Below, piece after piece: positions 27,897 to 42,409 of a stretch of DNA of 64,000 bases. A program made the translations under genes and the position numbers. The stretch is from Lepidodermella squamata (lineage: Eukaryota; Animalia; Gastrotricha). The DNA lies in contig JBLDXI010000003.1 of the NCBI GenBank assembly GCA_047495785.1, positions 1,178,001 through 1,242,000 of the forward strand, given 5' to 3'. The notes under the pieces were generated by a model, which ran no database searches, was not told the DNA's origin, and saw nothing but the letters and a program-made list of their open reading frames with translations. The stretch's first letter is position 1. Every line of letters starts with the position of its first letter.

Positions 27897-29258
27897 ATGA
27901 TTTTGCTCAACTTGATATCGCTATTAGTTTCAGTGGTCATATTTTTCGCAAAGCTTAACGACTCGGCAGTGATCGTTACAAATGGTAACTTTTTATGACT
28001 CATTTTATGCCTTGCAACTAGCCCACCTCACCTTAGGCTACTGCCCTGAGATTCCCGAGATCGAAAATGGGTACTTTGACAAGCCACATTATACCTTCCT
28101 AGGCCAAAAGGTCCGGATTCACTGTTTTCCCGGCTCTGTCCTAGTTGGCAAGACACACATGATTTGCGAAAGTTCTGGAAAATGGTCCGAACCAGGCACA
28201 TGCGTTTCGGGTAAATTAAACCCTGCAATTTATCCTCATATTCTGGATTAATAATTTCCCAACTAGAACATCCAAGATTTTGTAAAGACGAGCCTGAAAT
28301 ACCGCATGCCCTGCTATCCCATGGTCAAAACCATGTAGGAGCAGTTCGCCATTTTTACTGCCGCGAGCCTTACTGGCTGTTCGGCGTTGGGGCCGCTAAA
28401 TGCGAGGAAGGCGGTGTCTGGCGGCCAGTCGGGGAGTGTCGAAGCCCTGATGCCCCGATTTGGATGAACCTATCATCTCAAGCTGCCGCTGACCCCTTCG
28501 AAAGCTTGTTTTTAGGATCAGTTTGCTGCGGCGGGTCGACTGTTCATTCTAGCATTTTGGTCGACGCCGCGAGACAGGGGGATCTCGACCAAATAACTCG
28601 GATGTTATCAAGAGGCGCAGATCCTAACTCTGTAAACGACGACGGGTGGACCCCTTTGACCTGGGCAGCTAATAACGGCAAGGCAACCATCGTCGATAAG
28701 TTACTTGACTGTTGTGCCAGTCCTGACATTCCGAATGAGATGAGAAGTACTCCTCTTATGTTAGCCGCTAGGAGCGGGGTGTTAACATCAGTCGAGCTAC
28801 TATTAAGGAAGGGGGCAAATGTCAGCGCTGTTAACCTATTCGGCGAAACGGCGCTGACCTTCGCGGTAAAAGGAGGCCGAAATGTTCACAGAAGGATTGT
28901 AGAAACTTTACTTAAGCGCAACCCACCTCTTGAACTAAGGGATTTAACTGGACACAACGCTTTGCATTGGGCAGTTATTGGCCGAAATACGGAGATCGTT
29001 AAATTGCTTTTACGAGCTAAAGCTGACGTTAACGCCCGGAATGGCGACGGCCAAACGGGGTTAATGCTCGCCGCCATTACAGGCGATTACGAGCTGGTCG
29101 ATGTGCTGATTAACGCCAAAGCTGACGCTACGATCACAGATTACAACGGAATGACAGCCCTGACTCTAGCTATGGAGAATTCTTTTTCTGACATTGCATT
29201 TTCCCTCTCGAAATCGATGAGGAATTCTTCGATCATTGCTAAAAAAAGCCGGTTATGA
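27897..29258 (+). CDS. Array gene C: secreted 2x Sushi + ankyrin module; exons 27897-27984, 28037-28210, 28267-29258 (~417 aa)
   Basis: Signal peptide MILLNLISLLVSVVIFFA; YCPEIPEIENG and FCKDEPEIPHA modules; VCCGGS cap and DCCASP; ankyrin repeats. Confidence 0.86.
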
Positions 29259-29693
29259 ATGGTTGATGTTTGATGTTGCCAATTTTTTGCCACGTTGTTA
29301 TGAGACGTATTTTTATGTTTTAACAATAAAAAAGTCGCTTCACGATGCCTTTTTACATGAGGGTTAATTAGCGGCGCTTTAATCTCATCTATCTCGCGAG
29401 AAGAATGAAACATAGCGAGCGCGATTGCGTGTGTTTACCTACGCATTTATCCTCGACGAGAGACGGTTGATAATGCGCTTAAGCCGGTGTTAATGTAACG
29501 CGCGAGTTTTTTTCACGAGACTCAAGATCGAGGCGGAGAATAATTGAGATTAATCTCACTCTTATCTATATTCGCCATCAATTTGCACCTGATACCATAA
29601 CGGCCACGACTGATAGCTGAACCCACTACTAATTGCTCACTGCTTGATTCAATTATTCTAGTTGAAATTAATTGCTATCTCGTGCGCAAAGAC

Positions 29694-30244
29694 ATGCGGA
29701 TACTCATTATTGCAGCCCTTTATTTGGCAATCGCAGCCAGCAGTTCCCTCGCACAGACGTTTGGTAGGGCTTTAGTTTTCAGCCTTCAGCAATCATCCTT
29801 TTATTTAAGGCTATTGCGACAACTTCCCTACCATCGAAAATGGATTTGTCGAGCGTCCCACTTTCGTATGGATTGGCCAGGTGATCAAGGTGAACTGCAA
29901 CCCTGGTTACGTTGTTCAAGGTGCCAATCTCATCACTTGCACTACCTATGCCAAGTGGAGCCAGCCCGGTGTCTGTGTTCCAGGTAAACAATTTTGGAAA
30001 CCTTATTTTAAACCTCATTCAAGCCGTATTTACAGTTCGGCCCACCTCTTGCCCTGATGAGCCGAAAATGAATAATGGAGTTGTTCTATCTGGAGCAAAT
30101 CACGTTGGTGCAATTCGCCAATTTTACTGCCTGTCAAATCTCAAAGTCTCAGGGCCGGCTTCGATTGTTTGCGAAACCAATGGTTTATGGAAAAATTACG
30201 GCAAATGCATCCCTAACAGCCAGTTTGAAAACTACTCCTCATAA
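29694..30244 (+). CDS. Array gene D: small secreted 2x Sushi-only protein; exons 29694-29763, 29810-29983, 30036-30244 (~150 aa)
   Basis: Signal peptide MRILIIAALYLAIAASSSLA; YCDNFPTIENG and SCPDEPKMNNG modules paralogous to gene C; stop codon followed by AATAAA at ~30299. Confidence 0.85.
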
Positions 30245-30403
30245 CAACATCTTTACCACCCGCTTATGGTTTTTAGGCTAATTAACTGCGAGTGTGAAAA
30301 TAAAACTTTGTTAAACAAGATGGAGTGAAATAAACGTTTACTAAATACTACGCGGCTTTGGGTTGATTATAAGTGCGGCGGATGTATGTGCACTGTACGA
30401 AAA

Positions 30404-33400
30404 ATGCTTGATAAATTACTGTTAATTTTCGCCTTATGGCTAACAATAATCCACGCTCAGCGGTTAGTTCAAAAATCGTCTTTCGATTTCAACTGCGTAT
30501 CACCGCCTATCATTCCGAATGCCGAATACACTGAAGCTGTAGGCAGTAGAATTTTCTTCAAATGTATCACAGGCTTCACGTTATCAGGCCCTGATCATAC
30601 CCAATGCTCGGCTGGAGAATGGTCTATCCCCGGCTATTGCGCCCAACAATGGTGTCTTGAACAGCCCAGCCTAGATGGGGGCGTTGTTACTCCCGGCTCG
30701 AGTGAACAAGGCGCTGAGCGTTACGTAACCTGCACTCGTGAGCTTAAACGATTCAAAGCCATATGTCTGAGCACTCGTCGTTGGTATTACGAAGATACGT
30801 GTTCGGTCGTAGGTAAATAGGTCATGTTATCTCTAAAAAGCACTAATCTGAGGCGGTTTTGCTATAATAGGCCGTGAATGTGGCGATGATCCAAGAGTTC
30901 CTGGTGGTTTCGTAGAGCCTGGTCCGAACAAGCCCGGTTCCACCAGACGGGTAGGGTGCTTCAAGGGCTTCTTGGTCGAGTCAACTGGATACATCCGTTG
31001 TACAGAGACTGGGGAGTGGTCATACCCTGGATATTGCCAAGGTAAGGTGATTCATACTTCCGGGCTATACATTCACCTGAATTTACTTAGAATCACCTCC
31101 TGACCGATGCCGCCGTGTTCCGTCTATTGAAAATGGCTATATCTTCAATTATGGAAATTACACAAATGACGACCTAGTCGGCGTCACTCGTTACTTCGGC
31201 TGCAATGAGGGTTACTTCGTCGATGGGAAGAATCAGTTAGTTTGTGGTCCTGATGGAAGGTGGCAGTATCTTGGCTATTGTTTACGGGTTGATAATCCTA
31301 CCAGTTGCGGTGCACTGCCGGGTATGAACAATGGCTGGTATGAGGATGGTGGCTATGAAATAGGAGCTGTTCGTAAAATCGCGTGCTGGAATAACTACAG
31401 TGTTAAACTGGGAGAAAAATGGATTCTTTGCCTCGACAACGGACTGTGGAGCCAGCCTGGACTTTGCACTAGAGGTATGATGGAAAACCCAGGATAAATT
31501 CATCATTCGTTGCTTTGGCATTTTAGATCCTATTAAAGAGTGTCGACCTTTACCGGAGGTCGCAAATGGATATTTTCGTTCAGGGAACTTTGCGATAGGC
31601 TCAAAAAGGTATCTAATGTGCAATCGTGGTTACTCCCGCCAGGGAAACGACTGGATAAGTTGCATGCCGGATGGTTACTGGACATCGCCTGGCTCCTGCT
31701 TGTATTCTGGCGTTGAAGAAATAGCATCTCCAGTGTGCTCCAGGCCACCGAGAATCGCCAATGGCTACGTGAACGTCAATAATTTGATAGAATGCAATGA
31801 TGGCTTTGCCCTTGTTGGGAGAAGGAAAGTCACATGTGGGCCCAGAGGTTGGGCTGTTTCTGGTTACTGTTCTGATAGTAAGCTAAATATTTCTATATCA
31901 ATTTATCTTTATTCTATCAATTTCAGAGCTTGCAACTGATCCTCCAATCCCTCTTGCGACGTTTCCCCCAGAAATTGACGTGACAGTTGAATGGAACAGC
32001 GGGGAAGTTATTGGTTTGCTTTGAGAAAGTCGATTCCTTATCAAAGCTAAATGAATTTATTTCATAGACAAATGTGCAGCTTCGTTACCTGTCATTGAAA
32101 ACGGTTTTGTCCGAGATGGTCCAAGAACTCTAGGATCTAGACTCGAGGCGAGATGCTACAACGGCTATGAATTGAAAGGAAGGTCATTCATCGTCTGTAA
32201 CCGATGGGGCTGGTCAAGTCCTGGTTTCTGCGACCCAAGAGTAACTAGCCTGGGCCCTACTTCTGTTACAGCTAGTACGATCATCAGAGCAACTCCACCA
32301 CCGTCAAGATGTGAGTAAACTCAATGAGAATTCGATAAATTTGAAGACTTTTTCATGAATGCCAGCTTGTCTCGGCCCGATACCGACAATTGCTAATGGT
32401 TACTATGTCAAAATGGACGACGAGCTAATAAGAGTTGGCTCGAAACTATACATTCAATGTTTCGATGGCTATGTGATAGTTGGAAAAGGATCGGCTGAGT
32501 GTACTGAAAAGGGTTGGGATACGCCAGGAACTTGCGCTTCGGCCTCAAGTATTACCACTGCAAGAGTGCCTCTACTTTCGTCTTCTACCACTAGTCGACC
32601 AACGCCAGCAATCGGTGAAACTACTTTGGCTTCGACACAGCTCACAACTACTTTACCACCAACCTGCAATACTACTTTGCCACCTGTTCCATTCGGTTAT
32701 TCGGAGATAAGCACTAATTTCTCCGTAGGATCCTTCAGACGAATCGGTTGTTTCCCAGGGTACCAAATCGCGGGAAGCCCGATAATAAATTGTACTGTGC
32801 AGGGATGGACCCCACCTGGTGCATGTATTCCAATACCTCCTCTAGGGCCATGCGGGCCAGCTCCTAGTATCAATTCTGGTCGGGCAGTTCTCATCGAGAC
32901 AAGCAGAAGCGAGATTTATTGTTACGATGGCTATCAGTTGACCGGAGAACGCTTCATAACCTGCGGTAGTGATGGATGGTCAAAGAAAGGGGATTGTACT
33001 CTTGCTCCATCTTCTACCGTTGCTACAACCACATCAAAAGCGTCGAGCTCCAACTGTACCGGTCCCTTGCCAGTTGTTGAATTTGGTTTTGTTGACCCTT
33101 TTGGTGAAAATTCACTCGGCTCTTTGAGGAGAGTGGGCTGTTTCCCAGGTTTCGACCTGGTTGGGGAAAATTCCACGACTTGTCTAGTGCTTGGTTGGAC
33201 GAAACCCGGAATATGCGTTCGGCGATCGAACTCAACAACTGCGGCTGCGTTAACTACTTCACCCTCTCTATCAACCCGTGGAATTTCAACGACCCTGAGT
33301 GTGACAACAACGTTCCCAGCCACAACATTAACTACTACGTCGCCTTACTCTCCAACTACCGCAACCGTTAACTTCGCATCAGGTAAGAGAAGCATATAGC

Positions 33401-36400
33401 GAAGAGATCAATTTACGCTTCCGTTTTTATTCTAGGCCCATGCAATGGATCGCTTCCTTCAATTAACAACGGCATATTTCTCTCCGGCTCCAGTGATTTT
33501 GGATCTGTTCGGCGAATTCGGTGTAATGATGGCTTCATGATCTTGGGGAGAAACTATACCGTATGTGGAAGGAAAGGCTGGTCTCAACCCGGGGTTTGTG
33601 TGGCTAATTCACCTGTCTCCACCGGCTCAACCATAACTACAGCCTCGACAACATCTATTTCCACAACTGCCGCTACTACATCAACAAGGAGTGCTCCTAC
33701 GGTTTCAACTACCACTTTCCAATCTACTTCAACTACAACTGCTACTGCATCACCTTCTTCTTCAACTTCGCGAATATTTTCTACTTCAACTACTGCTAGT
33801 CCCTCAATTACTACATCCAAAAGACTCGATGAAACAACATACTTTGCCTCCGGTTAACAAATTGTTAATAATTTCTTACTCCTTTTTACATCGAAAATTT
33901 TATAGGTCCTTGTAATGGCTCTCTGCCATCCGTGGCAAATGGTTTCATTTTACCTGGGGAAAACGTATTTGGAGCTGTTAGAAGGATTCAGTGTAGTAAT
34001 GGATACGTCACTTTTGGGCGAAATTATACCGTCTGTGGTAGAAATGGGTGGTCCCAGCCCGGTCTTTGCGTCCCAATATCGACCTCTTCGGCTTCGACTC
34101 AGTCATCTCGAATCCCGAGTTCGACTCAAAGTTCTACAATGTCAACTACAAGACTGGTTACAACAGCCAGCGCCTCTTCGCCTTCAACCTCAACGTTTTC
34201 CCAAACTATGCGATCAACAATCTCCTCTACCACTGCTAAACTTCCCAGTTGTTGCGACAGACCAAAGAATGGTTCATCCCAGCAGTTGATAGCAGCAGTT
34301 CGAAACGGCAACGCATCTTTGGTAGATACACTTCTATCCTCTGGCGCAAACCCTGATTCAGTAGACTCAAGCATGTGGACGCCTCTGATGTACGCTGCTA
34401 ATATCGGCCGAAGCGACATTGTTAAACGCCTCCTTGATTGCTGCGCCAATCCTAACCTACTCAACAATGCTAACAGCACAGCTCTAATGTTTGGCGCGAA
34501 AAATGGCTCACTGCCTTCAGTTGACCTGCTGCTTAAGAGTGGAGCGAATGCGAACATTAAGAACATATTCGGGTCGTCCGCGCTGCTTTTTGCTGCTCAA
34601 AACGGCCATTCTGTTGTTGTTGATAGACTTCTGAAGGAGAGAATCGACTTGAATATTGCCGATGCAAGCGGGAACAGTGCCTTGATTTGGGCTGCCACCG
34701 GCAATCATTCTGAAGTTGTTCGCAATCTCATCAAGGCGAGAGTCGATGTTAATAAGGCCAATAACAACGGCCAAAATGCTCTGATGATCGCATCGAAGTC
34801 AGGATTCTACGACATTGTCGCTCAGCTGATAGACGCGGATGCGGTGTTGACTTCTGTTGATGCGGAGGGTAATACAGCATTATCCTTAGCTAAAGACTTC
34901 AAACGCGATGACATTGTCAAACTTTTGCTCGAAAGCGGGGCTTCGAGTTTGTCCTCCCCAAGGCCGCTAGCTATCATGATGACAACTACTTCGAGTCTGC
35001 AACAATGCTGCTCTGGAACGAAGATATTTTCTCAAAACCTACTCAACGCAGCTCGTGGAGGCGATTTAGCTACTTTGAGGCAGGAATTGGCGAGATCAGC
35101 CGATCCCAACTCAACAGACACGACTGGATGGACCCCGTTACTCATAGCGGCCGATCTTGGCTTTAAAGAAGGAGCTGCCCAACTGCTGTCTTGCTGTGCT
35201 AATCCGAATGCTAAAATTCAAGGGAACACTACGGCCTTGATGTTAGCCGTCAGAAGATCGTCCTTAGATCTCGTTGAAACTCTTATCCAGGGCGGAGCTG
35301 ATGCGAATGCAACCGATTTTACTGGAATGTCGGCATTGTTAATCGCTGTCTCAAGTAATCAGATCTCGATTGTTCGTCCCCTACTTGCTGCGAGGAGTGA
35401 TATTGAGAGAAGGGACAGTTCTGGTAACACTACTTTGTTAATAGCTACGAGGAACAACAATTCCGAAATCGTCGACTTACTCATCAAAGCCAAGGCGAAT
35501 CTCAATGCTATGAATAATGAGAACGAAACTGCTTTGATGGTCGCGTCGAAACTTGGATTCTTCCAAATTGTGCGCAATTTAGTTGATAATGATGCGCTGT
35601 TGAACTCGGTGGACTCAAGGGGAAAAACAGCTCTATCATTGGCGATTGGCAATGGGAAAAAGGAAGTTGCTGAATTTTTGCTCGAAAATGGAGCTCTTGC
35701 TTCAAGCCTTACAACAAATCGGCGGGTTCTTAGTCAGACTCCTGCTCCGACCTCTCAACTACAGACCTGTTGCAGGAATGGATCGAAGCCTAACTCGATT
35801 AGGTTAGTGCAGTCCGCGAAAAATGGCGATCTGATCGCTCTGAATGAGGAACTGAGTAGAGGCAGTGACCCTAATTCAGCCGACTCAGAATCATTCACTG
35901 CATTGATGCGAGCTGTGGAGATGGGCAATACCGATGTCATTAGGATTCTATCAACTTGTTGCGTTGATTTTGAGAGGATAAATCGGAACAATCAGACCGC
36001 CCTAATGATTGCAGTGCAAAATGGCTCGGTAGATGTTGTAGAAGGCCTACTCCGCTATGGAGCTAAGGCCAGCAGTGGATTGCTCGTAGCTGTTCAAAAT
36101 GGCCGAAAATCCATTGTACAAAAACTCATCCAATCAAAGGCTGATGTAAACATTAGAGATATTAGTGGAAATACTGCTCTGATATATGCGGCTATGAAAA
36201 ATTACACCGATCTTCTTGAAATTCTCATCTCAGCCAAAGCTGATATTAATGCTGTGAATAAGGATGGTCAAACAGCTCTCATGATTGCGGCTAAGCTGGG
36301 CTACCTAGAAATTGCGAAAATTCTTGTGGATAACGATGCTTTGATAAATCTTTTGGATTCAAAGGGTCAATCAGCTCTCACTTTGGCTGAGCAAAACGGC

Positions 36401-36472
36401 CGGAAAGATATTGTGACAATGCTATTGGAGAACGGAGCCTTTGTTCCTAAGACAACTTCGAAAAGACCTTGA
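30404..36472 (+). CDS. Array gene E: secreted ~14x Sushi + S/T-rich linkers + 3 ankyrin modules; exons 30404-30812, 30871-31041, 31091-31474, 31527-31877, 31927-32013, 32068-32310, 32366-33382, 33436-33852, 33906-36472 (~1881 aa)
   Basis: Signal peptide MLDKLLLIFALWLTIIHA. Eight phase-1 introns of 49-58 nt join all Sushi ORFs in frame. Caps SCCDRP, QCCSGT and TCCRNG are each followed by ankyrin repeats with CC in repeat 2. Confidence 0.82.
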
Positions 36473-36677
36473 ATCACATCAATTTGCTCTTTTTGTCTTA
36501 ATGAATAATTAATAAAAAACACGCGTTCATTTACTTATGCATTATCTTGAAAACAATTTCGCATGTTGTTTACACCACGTGCGTGTTTTTGTGAGACCAC
36601 GCGGTGCGACGGGATATTTTGCGCATACGCTACTCATACTTCCCGCCAGTGTGTATCTTATACACGGGCTAGTCAAC

Positions 36678-39600
36678 ATGCGTTTAGTTGTCTTATTACT
36701 CGCCACCACCTGTTGCGTGCTTCAAGTCAGCGGTCGGAAACACTACGGTATCAAATCTTTAAGCCAATACGAGATTTTGATCAATTTGTCAACTGACAGG
36801 GGTTCAATATCAGACAATACCTCCGCCATGTGGTGACCCTGGCTCCCCATCGAATGGCGCCCTGCTGGATACAGCTGTTCCGTTTCGTCTTCGTTACGTA
36901 AGATGCCAAATAGGGTTTGATCTCACCGGGCCGAATTTTATCATGTGTCTGAACAATGGTTCTTGGTCTCAAGCTGGGCGATGCTTTCCCAGCAGTAGGT
37001 TGTTGAAATCACTCCATACAAAATGCACTTAAACCTGTTTTTCAGGCTCTAGCTATGAATGCCGGCCTGTACCTATGGTTCTGAATGGAAAAGTTGAACC
37101 AGGAAGTAATTTGATTGGCAGTCGACGGAGGCTAACTTGCAACGACGGCTTTTCGCTGAATGGTCAAAATGAAGTTGTATGCGGTCAAAACTGTGAGTGG
37201 GGTTACCTCGGTGCCTGCGTTAGACAATGTGGAATGCCCCCGAAGATCCCAAACGGCCGCATTGGAGAGGGATCAAATGATTTTGGCAGCAAGCGAAAGG
37301 TGTATTGTTACAGCGGTGTTTTGAAAAACGGAACTGGCGAGATCGCTTGTGGTTTCAATGGACTGTGGTCTGATCCTGGTTTCTGCACAGTTGGTACGTC
37401 TTAATGCAATTGTTTTCAATATCACAGATATTAATTCCTCTTTATAGCTCTGGCCCCCAAAATTACCATGTGCTCAGATGTGCCTTCAATCGCCCACGGC
37501 TTTGTGGACGACGAAACCCTCATGGGGAATGGTATCGGAACTGTTTTGAAATTCATGTGCGTATCGGGCTATGAAGTCAGTGGTAAGAGCGAAATCATAT
37601 GTGAGAAATCCGGCAAATGGGAGCCTCAAGGGATGTGCCGTAGAGGTAACAAAATTCTCCGTTTTATCTGCTTATCCAACAATTCATCTCACTGTAGAAA
37701 TTCGAAGTTGCAAAACACTTCCCTTTATACCTTACGGTAGAGTCGAACCCGGCACAAATGAAATCGGGGCTATTCGCTACATTGCCTGTGACGACCCTGA
37801 GCAGTTACCGGAAGGAGCGGGAATTATTCAATGCTTGAGTACTGGTCGCTGGTCAAGAATTGGGATTTGCAGTCCAGGTTATCAATCCTATTAACCCATC
37901 TACCTTAATTCAAAACAATTTATTTTAGAAGGGACTACTTCAAGAAGAAGACCGACTACAACTACAAATCCATTTGTGGTTCCGTTCGAAACGTGCTGCC
38001 TTATCAAAAATAGATACAACTCCGAAAGTCTCATCGAAGCTGCTCGAGATAAGGATGCTAATGGTATCAACTCTGAACTGCTAGTTGGGGCCGATCCAAA
38101 TTCAAAGTCGTCTGAAGATGGCAAAAATCCCATGATGATTTCTGCCGAAAATGGCTGCCTAGCTTGCATTCAAGTCCTTTTAAGTTGTTGCCCTGACTTA
38201 AATGCGATGGATCGTGATAACGCAACAGCTTTAATTCTCGCTACAAGAGCTGGAAATGTTGACATAGTCCAGCTACTTCTTGGGGCTAAGGCGAATCCAA
38301 ACCTGCAGGATAAGGACGGTAGAACAGCTCTTTTATATGCTGCAGCCGACGGAGATGTGACAATTGTTGCTCTTCTCTTGAAATCGCTTGAAATCACGGT
38401 GAGCCTTACGCTTGGGGACAAAGTTGGAACTACTCCTTTGGCTGCTGCGATGGAAAATGGTCATAGTGAAGTTGCAATTTTGATAAGAGCTGCGATGAAA
38501 GTACAGTCTTCAACGCCTGTTGCAACCACTGCTCTTACAACGATCGAATCTGGAGAATGTTGTGATAAGGTGCCGAAATATCAGTCACTTGCTCTGGTGA
38601 ATGCTTCTTGTTATGGCGATCTACCCACTATGTTGTCTCTACTCAGTGATGGGGCTGACCCTGGCAGTGCTGACGATACAAACGAGAAAATCTCCTCCTT
38701 AATGTGTGCTGGGATCGGAAATTTCACTAAGGCTATGGCAGCGTTGCTGGATTGCTGCGTCCAAATCGACCAGAAGAACGAACTAGGCGAAACAGCTTTG
38801 ATTCTAGCATCTGAAGCAGGGTCCTACAATGCCGTGGAAATTCTGCTACAGAACAAGGCAGCGGTCAACCAAACTGACAAATCTGGTATTACAGCGCTGA
38901 TTTCAGCGGCTGCTAACGGCCATGCGAAGGTGATAGAACTTCTATTGAGTTACAAGGCCGATATCAATCATAAGAATGATGTTGGTAATTCGGCTTTATT
39001 CGCTGCGGCCACTGGAAATCACTTTGATGCGGCCAAAAAGCTGCTAGAGAACGGCGCCGATGTCAACTCTACTGATAATTTTGGCTTGAGCCCTTTTACC
39101 ATAGCCCAAGCCGGTGGTTTCCAAGAAATTGTAGATTTGCTCAAGCAGTATAAAGCTGGACCTGGAAAGATGGCTCAAAGTTTAAAGTTAGAGAGCCTAC
39201 CCGTTACCGATGTCATTTATGACTACTACGAAGACAGCAAAGTGTGGAATTTGGACAAGAAGCATTCGATGTGTTGCCAGGGCCTGAAAACGCGCTCAGT
39301 CGAACTGGTTAATGCTTCATGTGAAGGAGATGTCCTCAATGTGAAACGGCTGCTCCATGATAATGCTGAGTCTAACAGCTTCGACGATCAGGGCCGAAAT
39401 CCACTTCTCTGCGCCAGTTACAACAACTTCACCGAAATAGTTCGGGACTTGATCACATGCTGCGCTAATGTCGAAGTTAGGAATGAACTCGGAGAGACTC
39501 CCTTGGTCCTCGCTTCAAAACTGGGATCTTTGGAAATTGTGAAAATCCTAATTGAAAACAAAGCTACCGTAAATACGTCAGATGGGTCAAAGGTTACTCC

Positions 39601-42109
39601 CCTACATGCAGCGGCAAGTAACGGGCATTCAAGGATTGTCAGTCTTCTCATTAAGAATGGGGCTGAAATAGAAGCTCGAGACAATTTAGGGAAAACTGCC
39701 CTAATCGCCGCAGTTGCCGGGAATCACGTCGAGGCCGCCGGAGAATTGCTGAAGAGTGGGGCCAGCATCTTCACAGCGGACCATCAGGGTAACTCTGCTT
39801 GGACTATAGGATCGGTCAATATGTTCCCACCAATGATTGATTTATTTCGAGAATTTGGTATAGGAAAGATGTTGATTCCTCCGGTGACTACAACACCGGA
39901 AATTCTAACAACGGCAATAATCACTAGCGGGAAAGGTTGTTGTGATCACTCGGGGCGGGTGGACACCCTAATTTTGGTCCAAGCTGCTCACTATGGTATT
40001 CTGAAAACCGTAGAGAAAGAGCTGCACAAAGGACTTGCAAATCCTAACTCAGTCAACTCGACGAACGGATGGACGGCTTTGATGTATGCGGTGGATGGAA
40101 ATTATACGGCTATTTCTACCGAGCTGCTCAATTGTTGCGTTGACCTGGATCGACAAAACAAAGATGGTCAGACTGCTCTTCACATCGCAGCGAGGAAAGG
40201 TTACGACTATCTTGTTAATTTACTTCTGAAACACGGAGCTGATGGAAATGCAGCCGATAGCGATGGCTTTACGCCTTTGATAGTTGCCTCAATGATAGGC
40301 CACGTCAATGTGGTCGATAAACTGCTAGCGCATAAAGTCGTCGTGGATCAAGTTGACGTAGAAGGCAATTCAGCTTTCATCCATGCTGTTAAGCACGATC
40401 AGCTACGAATTGCTCAAATGTTACTGAAAGGAGGCGCGTCACCCCACCTCGAAAACAACGATGGTCAAAGCGCTATAGCCTTAGCAAGTTCGCCAGAAGC
40501 GAAGGCTCTTATACGTACCCTAACTCACATATCGCTGAAACGTGGTAAAATTTCTACGAAATCTCCACCTGTAACTAGCCTGCCTACAACCACTGAATTC
40601 TCGACCACCAGGGATTACTATGAAACTACGGATGGAGCTACCACAGTAGAAATTCGATCTTCATCAATCACTAGTAAAGGCGATTATTGCTGTGGATATG
40701 GTCCTAAAGTACAGTCGCAACACCTAATTGATGCTTCAAAGCTCGGAAACTTTACAGCTATCGAAAAGGCTTTGAATGCAGATGCTGATCCTGACTCAGC
40801 GGATCGAAACGATAACACTCCCTTACTCTACTCAACATTGAGTGGCTGCTCGAAATGCATAAAGAAACTCCTTGAATGCTGCGCCTCGATCAATGCGACA
40901 AACTCAGCCGGAGCAAATGCGGTAATGCTCGCCGTTAAAAGCAGCAATTATGAAATTTTAAAGCTGCTTCTCGAGAATGGCGGAAGTCCCTTTGTCAAAG
41001 ATCACAGCGGCTCAACTCCTCTGATAATCGCAGCTAAGAATCGGCTGCCAAAATCCATTGCTTTACTACTAACTTACTACCCTTTGATTGACGAGAGGGA
41101 CCGAGATGGCCACACTGCCTTGCATTGGGCGACGTTGAATAAGGACTTTGATTCAGCCGCCAAAATTATGGCAAGTGGGGCAGACGTGAATCTGTTGAGC
41201 AACAACGGCCGCTCGCCTCTTATGTTAGCTGCTGCGAAAGGAAGCTTGAGCCTGGTCAAGGAGCTGGTTCAAAAAGGCGCAAATGTTTTAGCTACCGACT
41301 CTGAGGGGCGAAATGCTTTGCGTTATGCTAAGGATGCGCTTAACATCGAAGTTGCGGACTTCCTCTCTACTTTCAACCCACCAACTCTGAGCCTTGCTAA
41401 ACCAGTTAAATCATGTTGTCTCAAGTCAAAGAAGCATCAATCGAGCTCACTTTTGTATGCGGTGAGCTATCGGAATCTATCTGCAGTCAAAGCTGAGCTA
41501 GAGATGGGCGCGGATCCTAATTCGGCTGAAAATGTTACCATGACTACAGCCCTAATGCTAGCAATCGAGGTCAATGATAAGGAAATAGCTGATGAGTTGC
41601 TAGGTTGCTGCCCTAATCTCGAGACTCGCAATTTTGCTGGCGAGACAGCGTTGATACTAGCGGCTAGGCATCATCAGCTGGAATTTGTCGAGCTGCTTCT
41701 CTCAAGGGGCGCCGATCCTAATGCAGTAGACTTGTTGAGCTCAACGTCCTTACTCTCTGCTGTAAGAAATGGCGAGACTAAAATGGTCATTGCTTTACTT
41801 CGAGGTAAGGCAAATGTTGATAAGGCTGATGGAAATGGCTACACTGCTCTCATGTGGGCGGTTATTGGCGGACAGAAAGATATTGTCATCCTGCTAAAAA
41901 CTGTAGGAAAAGCAAATTTGAACATGAAAAACGTCGACGGTCAAACAGCTCTGATGTTTGCGGTAGCGTCTGGAAGTGTTGAAATTTCTCGGTATTTACT
42001 TGAAAATGGTGCGGATCCATTGATCAGAGACCATTTCGGCGAAACTGCTAAAGATTTGGCCCGGAACCAAGAAAATCCTGCTATTACTGCATTATTCCAG
42101 AGAACTTGA
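36678..42109 (+). CDS. Array gene F: secreted 5x Sushi + 6 ankyrin modules; exons 36678-36747, 36800-36994, 37046-37393, 37448-37645, 37698-37877, 37929-42109 (~1723 aa)
   Basis: Signal peptide MRLVVLLLATTCCVLQVSG; five 51-54-nt phase-1 introns; caps TCCLIK, ECCDKV, MCCQGL, GCCDHS, YCCGYG and SCCLKS, mostly separated by Thr/Ser-rich spacers. Confidence 0.85.
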
Positions 42110-42409
42110 ATGTTACATTGCGCTTTTCATTGTAATACGCTGTGAAATAAAGGAACTGAGATTTTGATCATACAACGTCATTTCCGTGGTTTTAATTGTT
42201 ACGCAGCAGAATTATCCGTTTTTTTGCAAAGACAATGGACCCGGTTTCATGCGCCGTCCTTAACGTTAAAATTAATCTCTTGACCACGACCGCTGATAAT
42301 AAACTGAGGTGACGTTTTTGGCGCGAAGTGTGTGGTCACCTTTTAATTTGCAAACTACACCACTATTAAGCATTATTTTATGCATTTTTTTCACTCAGCA
42401 GGTTGAATA

